DNA of 64,000 nucleotides from Bacteroidales bacterium (lineage in GTDB: Bacteria > Bacteroidota > Bacteroidia > Bacteroidales > VadinHA17), in NCBI GenBank assembly GCA_003141525.1, contig PLML01000193.1, positions 719-64,718 of the forward strand, written 5' to 3'. The notes below the pieces were generated by a model. It worked only from the letters and a program-made list of their open reading frames with translations, ran no database searches and was not told the DNA's origin. Of the stretch, positions 47,901 through 55,474 are shown one piece after another. A program made the position numbers and the translations under genes. Position 1 is the stretch's first letter, and each line of letters opens with the position of its first letter.

Positions 47901-48006
47901 TCGGTATAGTATAAGTTATTTGTGCATTTGATAGGAATGCAGAAAACAATGGGAGAAATGTGGCCGATAGCAAGATTTTTTTTCTCATGAGGGTTTTATT
48001 TTTCAT
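44971..48006 (-). CDS. Exported ~1000-aa glycoside-hydrolase-like protein, paralog family 'D'
   Basis: 1011 aa. The start may be the Met at 47988 ('MRKKILLSATFLPLFSAFLSNAQ'), which removes the 11-nt overlap with the upstream gene. Motifs are 'GNHRAVIEIP...LEWRRHD...GKYYFYYLPFE', 'SRLRWLNSTAGIDD', 'KIYYTIRELTNFVTEIWALRSLGDEV', 'DGLYLDDVSFDRE', 'IDLHSNT', 'LWFGESFNY' and 'SGIPFGL'. Confidence 0.6.
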   Translation of the reverse strand: MKNKTLMRKKILLSATFLPLFSAFLSNAQITYTIPKTPWADIMGKYPSKIRKDSMPTFFPLSVGNHRAVIEIPKSGEVARLLLEWRRHDKGVDKHKFIIINANTSDTVKNIYRKDVNNEFCELLFGPVNAGKYYFYYLPFELQGGWGFYGRNYLPQEKPPDEAWVKNNLINKNNKQFIEAECIEMQARTAFDSFYPMEIIATKKEKENLARNTRDKFLLFPEDRKFPIRMLDNIPQRWIITPNSNKFSGLVDKNEYYAFQVGLWAINNIEDVKIEFNDLKSTKFTLQKSAFTCFNTNGISPLGKPFTKIVNIATTKVLPLWIGIDIPQNIPADTYKGKLVVITKNAGQKEIELEIKVTNNVLADRGDSETWRHSRLRWLNSTAGIDDENVAPYQPIELLNGNKMLLTGKYLELAKDGLPASINVYGNEILSASIKYSILKNNEPLHFETKETKVLKEASGIFIKEIYQSNDFINLITHLEVESDGWLKYTFNIEAKKDIDFSDIQLDIPFRKDLSNYMMGMGLPGTETPENHDAKWKGPHDALWIGNTKGGLYCELRGASYMGPLLNLYHPEFPKSWDNDSKGGFKIRTFGEQRNAIVYSGERDLKQGEKLKFECAFIITPVKIIDTKGQFTNRYFHDGLSPDPRPEDLLAGIKIVNLHHANKYNPHLNYPFVEVDAMKDFVRRWHSNDLKVKIYYTIRELTNFVTEIWALRSLGDEVLSGGDGGGYPWLREHLVDNYTPQWYQYLDSTLVDASVLTSIGTSRWFNYYIEGLKWLVKNVDIDGLYLDDVSFDREMLKRIRKVMNETKPGCLIDLHSNTAFSIGPATQYTEFFPYIDKLWFGESFNYNAMPPANWLVEVSGIPFGLTGDMLHAGGNPWRGMVYGMTNRLPWSTEGVICSPSEIWKVWDSFGIADAQMVGYWEDKPVVTTSNKDVLATAYLKDKRMLISVASWAKEKAEVTLAIDFTRAGLNPNKVKITAPFIDKFQPEKTFGIFDKISIEPTKGWLLIVEQQ

Positions 48007-51000
48007 TTATTAAAAGTTCTAGCATCCTCACTGACACGTTTTTATCGATCATTGAAAAATCTATCTTTTTCTTGTCAAGAAAGGCTTTATACCACATTAT
48101 TAATATTTCTCTGTTTTTAACATCTTTATTAATCCGCTCGATCCATTTGTCGTGTTGGTAGAGTTTATCGAATGCCCACGCGGTAGCCAGATCATTTGCA
48201 ATAGAGAAATTGTTTCCACCTGTTGTAGCTGGATTCGGAAAAAAGTCGATGATTTTATTTAAAACATCATATGCTTCTTTCTTTTTATTCATATTCGAAT
48301 AGCAGAGATAGCTCATCCAATATTCAATACGAAAATCTATTTCGTTTTCATAAGGTTTCCCGGTTCCTAAATGATCAGGATACAATTTTGCTTGTTGAAT
48401 AAACGCCAGTGCTTTATCGTATTTTTTTGACTGCATCATTTCCCATGCTTGCATTAATTTCACTTCACGGTATATGTCGCGTGCCTCTGTTGCTCCTTCA
48501 AAAGGAATTACATGCAATTTCCCCAATACTTTATCGGCAGCAGCATATTTTTTATTCAATAACAAAGTTTTTGCATACAGTACCCCGATGATGTACTGTG
48601 AAGGATTTGTCAGATAATATTTTTCTACAACCGGCAAGGCATTTTCGGGCTTCGAAATGGTATTGAAATATTCTGCCAACAGTTTTACATAACGCCAGTG
48701 TCCATCCAATGAAAGAGCTTTTTGCAAATCAAATTCATTTTTATAGGTATTACCTCCTTTATTGACTTCGGCACGCATTACATAAAAAGGAGCAAAATCT
48801 GGTTCGCCACCACAAGAAACAAGAAGTTTTTTACTTTCTTCCATGCGGTTTCGGTTGGCATAAATAAGCGCCAACTGATATTTCAACTTCCAGTGGTTTT
48901 GACTTTTCAACAATGCCTCCATTATTTGTCCTGTCTCGGACCTAAATGGAAAAGAAAGTGTCAGATTAATTTTGGAGAAATCAATTGTCAGTCCGCGTAG
49001 ATAGCTTAACCAATAAGTGGCTTCAGGACATATCGGCGATAACTCAAATAGTTTTTCCGCCTCCGTTTTACATCCTGCATTGTAATAGAAAATGCCCAAC
49101 TCATTGAAGGTTTCTTGCGGTAATTCGTTACGAATTTGACTTATGAATTTTGTCTTATTTTCTTCAGTTGGATTGTTGAGATAGTTTTCAAAGTTTACAA
49201 AATGACTAATTTTGTCAAGACTTGAAATTGTATTTAAAATTTCATTCGATTTTACTGCATTTTTTTGTAGTCTGTAAACAATAGCCTGATATTGCAGGGC
49301 GATAATGTTAAAGCGATTAAAATCTAAAGCTTTCCGGGCAAAAGAAAGGGTTTTGTCGAAGTTCTTTTCACACAAATAAATATTTGCCAAAGCAGTGTAA
49401 GCTGCACTTCGATATTCAGGCGAGAGTGTTGCTAAATCAAATCCATCTTTTGCATCAGCTATTTTTCCTAAAGCTTCGTTAATGAGTCCGTAGTAATAGT
49501 TTGCATCTCCGGCGTGTGCATCAATACTGATAGCACGAGTAGCATATACCAAAGCATCCTCATAGCGCATATTGCGATACATTAGCTCTGACATTTGCAC
49601 CAAAGCAGGAAAGAAATTATTATCTTTTTTCAGAGCGGCTATTAAGTGTGTTTCCGCTTCGGGAAATAATCTTTGAGCCATCTCGCTCTTCGCTAGAAAA
49701 TATAAGCCTTGCACGTTTTGCCAATCGAAATCGGCAGGAGTGTTGACCGGGCGACTCAGTTCATTTATTTTCTCATTAAACGAGTAAACCAATTTTTGAT
49801 TTCCTAAAACGGCTTTCCAATCTGCGCTTGGCTCTACGGTTAGGATAGAATCCTTAAATGTCTGCAAAGTCCTTAAATTTAATGTTTTGTTGTAAATTTT
49901 TTGTTCTCCGTCTCTAATTTCCAGTACATCATTGATTGCCTGCGCGGGAGAGAAATAAATTTTCAACCAACCGTTTTCATATTTGACATTCAAAGCTCCA
50001 AATTCATTGGCCTCTACCGCGCCATTTGTACCCAAAATCGGATACCAATATTCTGTCCAGTCATCCGTAGAATAAGGTGAAAAACTTTTATGCTTAAAGG
50101 GAGTGAGTGAACTCTTTTCCATACCCTGGTTAAACAATCTTCCCGATTGCAATTCAAAATACTGTCCATCAGTATCGGTCAATAGATCTTCCCAAATCAT
50201 CCCTTGGCGTGAAAGTCCCCAAATCCAAAGTTTTGTGCCTGCCTTTTCATCGCGCATTCCGTAACGAATCATTCCGAAATTGTAGTCGTGATAGTAAGCT
50301 CCTGAAAAATGACAATACGTTCCCAAAACGTGGTAAGATTTGTATCCTCCGAAATCATTTTGATCATAAAAATTAATTTGTTTCCCGTTTTCTTTATTCA
50401 ACGGCCAATCAGCCCACTCGCCATTGTGCCCGATGTATTTTGTTCCCGGATAGAGAAATTCCAAATGCCCTTTTACAGGAAGTGCTGCATTCATCCAATG
50501 ATAGTAAGATTGTTCGATGGCTGTACCGTTATACCAAAACGAATGTGTGGTAAAATAGGCTTTGTCTTTGGGCAAATTGATTTCCATTCTCCATGTACTA
50601 CGTGTCAGCAAATCTAAAGTACCAATGGTGCAAGTAATACTTCCGTCATCGTTGTTTTGAATATTATAATCGACAGGAGTAACGCAGTTAGGTGTGTGTC
50701 CCATAATTCCATAATTGGGTTCCAAACCACCACTTGTCCATGGACCCCGCATGGCTAAATCCCTGAATTTAACTACCTTGTTGTAATAGATAAATTCCTT
50801 CCCTGTTGACTTTTCAATTGCACCCCAGATTTTACCACCAATTTCAGGTAAAATAATTAATTTGATATAATCATTTTCCAGTTCAATCACTTTCCATTCT
50901 TTCTGAACAGACTCGTCAGTATATCCATCGAAACGAAAATATGGATATAGGGCATTTCGATAGAACGGATGATTAAATATTGGCACAGGATTCGGATCTG

Positions 51001-51112
51001 AAAACGGATATGTTAGGAATACTTGTTTGTATTCTTTAACTCTTGTGGGAGTATTTTGTCCCATTACTGCCAAAGAGCAAAACAAGAACGTAATGATGAT
51101 ATGTTTTTTCAT
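47996..51112 (-). CDS. Exported DUF5107-like N-terminal domain + TPR-repeat protein
   Basis: 1038 aa with an SPI signal ('LAVMGQNT'). The N-terminal ~400 aa ('VKEYKQVFLTYPFSDPNPVP...') matches my recollection of the DUF5107 / aldose-epimerase-like domain that precedes TPR arrays in Bacteroidota. The C-terminal ~600 aa is helical-repeat (TPR-like) sequence. Confidence 0.55.
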   Translation of the reverse strand: MKKHIIITFLFCSLAVMGQNTPTRVKEYKQVFLTYPFSDPNPVPIFNHPFYRNALYPYFRFDGYTDESVQKEWKVIELENDYIKLIILPEIGGKIWGAIEKSTGKEFIYYNKVVKFRDLAMRGPWTSGGLEPNYGIMGHTPNCVTPVDYNIQNNDDGSITCTIGTLDLLTRSTWRMEINLPKDKAYFTTHSFWYNGTAIEQSYYHWMNAALPVKGHLEFLYPGTKYIGHNGEWADWPLNKENGKQINFYDQNDFGGYKSYHVLGTYCHFSGAYYHDYNFGMIRYGMRDEKAGTKLWIWGLSRQGMIWEDLLTDTDGQYFELQSGRLFNQGMEKSSLTPFKHKSFSPYSTDDWTEYWYPILGTNGAVEANEFGALNVKYENGWLKIYFSPAQAINDVLEIRDGEQKIYNKTLNLRTLQTFKDSILTVEPSADWKAVLGNQKLVYSFNEKINELSRPVNTPADFDWQNVQGLYFLAKSEMAQRLFPEAETHLIAALKKDNNFFPALVQMSELMYRNMRYEDALVYATRAISIDAHAGDANYYYGLINEALGKIADAKDGFDLATLSPEYRSAAYTALANIYLCEKNFDKTLSFARKALDFNRFNIIALQYQAIVYRLQKNAVKSNEILNTISSLDKISHFVNFENYLNNPTEENKTKFISQIRNELPQETFNELGIFYYNAGCKTEAEKLFELSPICPEATYWLSYLRGLTIDFSKINLTLSFPFRSETGQIMEALLKSQNHWKLKYQLALIYANRNRMEESKKLLVSCGGEPDFAPFYVMRAEVNKGGNTYKNEFDLQKALSLDGHWRYVKLLAEYFNTISKPENALPVVEKYYLTNPSQYIIGVLYAKTLLLNKKYAAADKVLGKLHVIPFEGATEARDIYREVKLMQAWEMMQSKKYDKALAFIQQAKLYPDHLGTGKPYENEIDFRIEYWMSYLCYSNMNKKKEAYDVLNKIIDFFPNPATTGGNNFSIANDLATAWAFDKLYQHDKWIERINKDVKNREILIMWYKAFLDKKKIDFSMIDKNVSVRMLELLINEK

Positions 51113-51130
51113 AAGAATTATTTATATCTG

Positions 51131-53386
51131 TTATTTCATGCCTTCAGGCCTAAAAATCAGAACCTTTGGAGATAAAGCCTTGAGGATACATTCAACAAAT
51201 AATGTCGAATCCTTCCATACAAATTTTGTATCTGAAACAGGCAGCAATTTTGTTCCTGGATTAACTTTTAATTCCTTAGCAGGTATTTGGCACGAAACAA
51301 CTGTGTCTTTGTCATCAACATTAAAAAGATTCAGTACACCGCCCGATCTTTCAGGTAAAGTGTGCAGATGTGCATATTCATTTAAGCCAACAAATTTGCC
51401 ATTCACATAATATCGTTCTAGTGACCTGTAAAGTTTCATTGCATCTTGCTGAACCTTAACTACCTTTGGGTAAGGATGGGTATTTCCGATACCCAAATGC
51501 CGGCAAGTTGAGGCGAACCACCATAATCCAAGCGCATTCTCATTATCCCGCCCTAGATTGATGTGCATATACAGAGGAATATCATAAGCGAGATTGTAAT
51601 AGTATAAACACAATGCGAGTTTATTTTTCACGTATTCCGCCGGACTTTCAGACATCATCTCATAGGCCCATATTTCGTCAAATCCTCCACCGTGACGATA
51701 GCCAATATATACAGGACAATATGGAAATAACGTCATAAAGTCGTGCATTTCGATTTTTATATCAGGATTAATCTTGTGGACCTCCTGTGCCAGCCATTTG
51801 CATGCCATAAGATGATCGTCTCGTGTATAAGGAATTGGGTGACCATGATCCGGATCATAGCAAGGTCCTGTGTACCATGAACCGTCAAACATCATGAACT
51901 GAATTCCGCCTTTTGCTAACACTTTTAATCGCTCCGCTTTAGTTTGCAGATATGGCTTTGAACCACCGCAAAGACTGTTGTATGAATTTTCATCATGACG
52001 TTTTCCATTTTCATCCATGCGGAATGTCGATTTGGGATAGCTTTCCGTCTCAGTCCAACCTGCCAATGGTACATGAATACCCACCTTCAAACCGTATTCG
52101 TTACTTAACCTTTTTGTAAACTCTTTCAGAGGACCCAAAAGCTTCTCATTCCAGATGGCAGTACCAAACTCTGTATCCCAGCCTGGATCCATATAAAAAG
52201 TTTCGCAGTGGTATGCAAGCGCCTTTTTAATTTGGTCATTTATAAAGTCCATACAATAATGCATATTTGGCCATCTGCCCTTGTTTTCAAAATGCTCGTT
52301 CCAATGGAGATAGCCCAGGTAGTTTTCAGGCAAACCGTTCCCCCATCCATTCATAGTTGTTTTAAAAAGGGCAAATGCCTCTTTCCAATCTCCATCAAAA
52401 AGTTGATAACGAGTCACCCCGAATTTATATTTTTCTCCTGCCTGTATTAATCCAGGACTTGGATCCTGATGGTAACGTTTTGATCCGCCGAACAGCAGAT
52501 CTTCGACATATTCCGATCTTGCTCCAGGTATCATTGGTCCCTGCCGCGTCACATCATAGCGTAACACACTATATTCGAGCATAGAAGGCGCATATTTCAT
52601 TACTAATAGCCCAGAGCCATTGTTAAGCAAAGCCCAGGCTTCACTTCCAAGATCGTTACTCAGGGGTTGGAGTCTCCACCATCCGGTACCCGGTTCAAAA
52701 TCTGCACCTCCTTTACTTTTCAGGTTTGGCAATGTTTTGAAATCGTAGTCCTGAACGGTTTGAGGATCCAATATCTGACGTCGCCATGGAATAGCAGCAG
52801 CTCTGAATTTTGTCATATCAATTAACGGAACAGTAGCAGCAATTGTACGTTTTCCAGGACCAAAATCCCATTCTGTTATTCGTATAGGGTGAGTGCTATT
52901 ATTAACTACTGTGATTGTTTCATCCAGCCAATTTCCGTCAGCAGAGAGTTTATAGTCAACGATAACTTTACATTCACCCAATTTCCCGGTAACACAGATT
53001 ATCCAACCATCAGAACCCAGATTGTTAAATGTTGTTTCAGCATCTTTCAGCATCGTAGCTTTAGTGAACTGGGCCGGTGCAGGATCATCGCCTGTAGAGT
53101 ATTCCAAAATCCAACTATATTCGGTATCCACCCAGGCAATTTTATTCGAAGTATCCGTAAAGCTGCACAGTCCTGGTATTTTTGACGTTGAGAAACGCAG
53201 TTCTGTTTTCCCTGCCCGTAAATACCATGAATCATCTTTTTGTACAAGTGCTTCAGCACTATTTTGAGCTATCATTATTTCTGGGGCAGAAAACATTACC
53301 ATTACCAAAAAGACTATTGTTATAATAGTTGATATCAGGGTTTTGATACCAAGGTTTCTTTTTGTTTTTCTGCTATTTACTTTCAT
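51131..53386 (-). CDS. Exported ~750-aa protein, divergent member of paralog family 'X'
   Basis: 751 aa. Motifs are 'TFYMDPGWDTEFGTA', 'FMMFDGSWYTGPCYD', 'HGHPIPY', 'KIEMHDF' and 'LWWFASTCRHLGIGN'. The N-terminal leader 'MKVNSRKTKRNLGIKT...' is homologous to those of the next two upstream genes. Confidence 0.55.
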   Translation of the reverse strand: MKVNSRKTKRNLGIKTLISTIITIVFLVMVMFSAPEIMIAQNSAEALVQKDDSWYLRAGKTELRFSTSKIPGLCSFTDTSNKIAWVDTEYSWILEYSTGDDPAPAQFTKATMLKDAETTFNNLGSDGWIICVTGKLGECKVIVDYKLSADGNWLDETITVVNNSTHPIRITEWDFGPGKRTIAATVPLIDMTKFRAAAIPWRRQILDPQTVQDYDFKTLPNLKSKGGADFEPGTGWWRLQPLSNDLGSEAWALLNNGSGLLVMKYAPSMLEYSVLRYDVTRQGPMIPGARSEYVEDLLFGGSKRYHQDPSPGLIQAGEKYKFGVTRYQLFDGDWKEAFALFKTTMNGWGNGLPENYLGYLHWNEHFENKGRWPNMHYCMDFINDQIKKALAYHCETFYMDPGWDTEFGTAIWNEKLLGPLKEFTKRLSNEYGLKVGIHVPLAGWTETESYPKSTFRMDENGKRHDENSYNSLCGGSKPYLQTKAERLKVLAKGGIQFMMFDGSWYTGPCYDPDHGHPIPYTRDDHLMACKWLAQEVHKINPDIKIEMHDFMTLFPYCPVYIGYRHGGGFDEIWAYEMMSESPAEYVKNKLALCLYYYNLAYDIPLYMHINLGRDNENALGLWWFASTCRHLGIGNTHPYPKVVKVQQDAMKLYRSLERYYVNGKFVGLNEYAHLHTLPERSGGVLNLFNVDDKDTVVSCQIPAKELKVNPGTKLLPVSDTKFVWKDSTLFVECILKALSPKVLIFRPEGMK

Positions 53387-53474
53387 ATTCTTATATAAAT
53401 ATCTAAGGTAAGATATTTGAACACTTCATGCTGATCAACAATATTATTGTCGCCAGGTTGAAAGCATTTTCCGG

Positions 53475-55355
53475 TTAACGGGCATTTTTAGCATCGGGAT
53501 CATCAATTCGTGGCACATGTATCGCAATCGAGGTGTTTTCAGAGTGATATATACGGGTCAATTCTTCGAATGCTGCCTTGAGTGTGGGGCCTTCGAGCCA
53601 GCCGTTGGTGCTGACTAATTCCTTATCAATAATGGCACGAAGGTAAAGTATCCGCCACCGCCAGCTTGCCCGTGCATGAGGTGTCAACTGCGCGTCTGCC
53701 TGTTGAATGAGCCTGAACGCTTCCCCAGAAGTCTGTTCGAGTTGGAGGCGTTCGGCCTGGGACAATGGCAACCGATTGGTATTTTGAAACTCAATCCGGC
53801 TGCCACCGAGAATAACACCGAATAAGAATCCGCTACCCGAGTTTATGTTTTTTTCAACCACGAGTTTGCGCATATGGTTGTGTTCGAGTAATTCAATGGC
53901 TTTCGAAACTGAATCCACAACGTTGGGCGAGTATTCATACGCGATATACTCTTGAACCGTTTCCTTTGTCGAACGGTCGGGATCCCAATATAACTGGCTG
54001 CAAACCGTCTTATTGATGTCTTCGTAGATGCCTTCTGAATAGGGAAAACCACCGGACATCTTCTTTTGGGTTTGATCCCACAGGTATTGGAACCGTTGAG
54101 GAAGTGGATTGGCGCCAAAGCCGCCCCAAGGATATTGGCCAACCATACTGATCTCGGGAAAGTTAACCATCGACAGCCCTCCGGGTACACCAACTTTTAG
54201 TGGATAGGCAGGGAATTCTTCATGGGCATCGATCATCAGGTAGTCAACCCAGCTATTATCCTTTGCCAGGTACTCCGACAGTCCCGCATACTCACCATCC
54301 TTCTTAAGCGCGATGGTAATTCTACCATTCTCATCATTTCCACCGGCATCGAACCACCATGTGCTAAGAATAACCTTGGCTTTGGGGTATTTTGCCCGGA
54401 GCACAGTGGTAAATTCCTGACACATCTTAGGATAACCGCGCGACCCCCAGGGAGCACAGTCCTTACAGTTACACCCACCTTCGTCATATGGCCAGAACAC
54501 AACTTGATCCAATCCGGGTTCGGCAAACTTGTCGATCAACTTGTCCCAGTCTTTCAACATGAGTTTCATTGCCGCCGGTTTGCTTGGGCAAAGTATAGTG
54601 CCCCAACACCTTGGGCTGTGGGTGGCTAAAAGTTCCTTCGGTGTGGAAGTAAATCCAAAATTCCCGGTGATTACGCCAACCCGCATCCCCACTGCCTTAG
54701 CATCGCACATAATGAGATTCAGTTTTCGAAGCGATTCCCGCGCCTTCGGATCATCAAATCCCTGCAACCACTGATTGGGAAAATGGACAACCAATGCATT
54801 CGTACCCCACAGGGCCAGGCTTTCGATATAACAAAGCCTCTCTTCATCAGATGCCGCTTCGTAGAAGTTATTGAAATGCGTGGCAAAGTAAATACCGCGT
54901 ATCGTTCCTTTTGGCACGGATGTACCGCGCCAAACGCCTGCCGTGAAGCCTCCCTGATCATAACGTGAAGTATGAAGGAACTTGCCTACGCCATAAAGCA
55001 ACCCGCGTTCGTCATTCCCGGTAATCCGAACTGACCTGTTCGGGCCATTAGCGATATTATAACCTTCCGTTCCGATACCCGGCTTAACGACCAGCTTAAC
55101 CGTTAGCTTCGCGTTGCCGGTTGTAATAACTTTGGCGCCGCAACGTTCCGTAATTTCGCGTCCGAGAATTTCGGAGGCGCGTTTGGCTATTGAGCCGGCA
55201 CCGGAGGGTAATACTACACGAACTGATTGTACGGGTCCATCTGCCCTGATGCAGGCGGTAAGTGTTACTATGACTGACACGGTCATGATTAAAATGAGAA
55301 ACTTCAGGATTTTGATACCAAAACTTTTTTCAGTTTTATGGTTTGTTACTTTCAT
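53475..55355 (-). CDS. Putative glycoside hydrolase with a GH20b/GH67/GH115-type N-terminal domain and a TIM-barrel-like core; lipoprotein
   Basis: 626 aa with the lipobox 'VTLTAC'. 'GYNIANGPNRSVRITGNDERGLLYGVGKFLH' is the characteristic motif of the N-terminal alpha/beta domain found in GH20, GH67, GH84, GH89 and GH115 enzymes. It is followed by 'IRGIYFATHFNNF'. A 'WPYDEGGCNCKDCAPW' CxCxxC cluster is present. The gene is GC-rich. Confidence 0.45.
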   Translation of the reverse strand: MKVTNHKTEKSFGIKILKFLILIMTVSVIVTLTACIRADGPVQSVRVVLPSGAGSIAKRASEILGREITERCGAKVITTGNAKLTVKLVVKPGIGTEGYNIANGPNRSVRITGNDERGLLYGVGKFLHTSRYDQGGFTAGVWRGTSVPKGTIRGIYFATHFNNFYEAASDEERLCYIESLALWGTNALVVHFPNQWLQGFDDPKARESLRKLNLIMCDAKAVGMRVGVITGNFGFTSTPKELLATHSPRCWGTILCPSKPAAMKLMLKDWDKLIDKFAEPGLDQVVFWPYDEGGCNCKDCAPWGSRGYPKMCQEFTTVLRAKYPKAKVILSTWWFDAGGNDENGRITIALKKDGEYAGLSEYLAKDNSWVDYLMIDAHEEFPAYPLKVGVPGGLSMVNFPEISMVGQYPWGGFGANPLPQRFQYLWDQTQKKMSGGFPYSEGIYEDINKTVCSQLYWDPDRSTKETVQEYIAYEYSPNVVDSVSKAIELLEHNHMRKLVVEKNINSGSGFLFGVILGGSRIEFQNTNRLPLSQAERLQLEQTSGEAFRLIQQADAQLTPHARASWRWRILYLRAIIDKELVSTNGWLEGPTLKAAFEELTRIYHSENTSIAIHVPRIDDPDAKNAR

Positions 55356-55388
55356 ATGATTCCTTTTTTATTTTTTAAGGTCGTATGG

Positions 55389-55437
55389 AACCCACATGAT
55401 AATCATTTTTGTATGTGATATAGGTATCATGTGGGTT
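55389..55437. repeat. Perfect 13-bp inverted repeat in the intergenic gap between the 524-aa and 626-aa genes
   Basis: AACCCACATGATA (55389-55401) and TATCATGTGGGTT (55425-55437) are separated by 23 nt. No U-run follows on either strand. Confidence 0.7.
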
Positions 55438-55474
55438 TCATGTTCTTATATTTAATTAATTCTTACTTATAAGC

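Noticed and set aside
9434-48006. Direct assignment of family D to GH123 (beta-N-acetylgalactosaminidase)
   Set aside because: The overall architecture is reminiscent of GH123. However, the position after the conserved 'YLD' is D, A, G or D, not a conserved Asp-Glu pair, and I cannot verify homology without an HMM search. It is kept only as 'GH123/DUF4091/DUF6067-like, tentative'.
51027-51410. 127-aa plus-strand ORF spanning the junction between the family-X gene and the DUF5107/TPR gene
   Set aside because: It is antisense to two well-supported genes and the 18-nt gap between them. It has no motif and no plausible promoter or RBS context.
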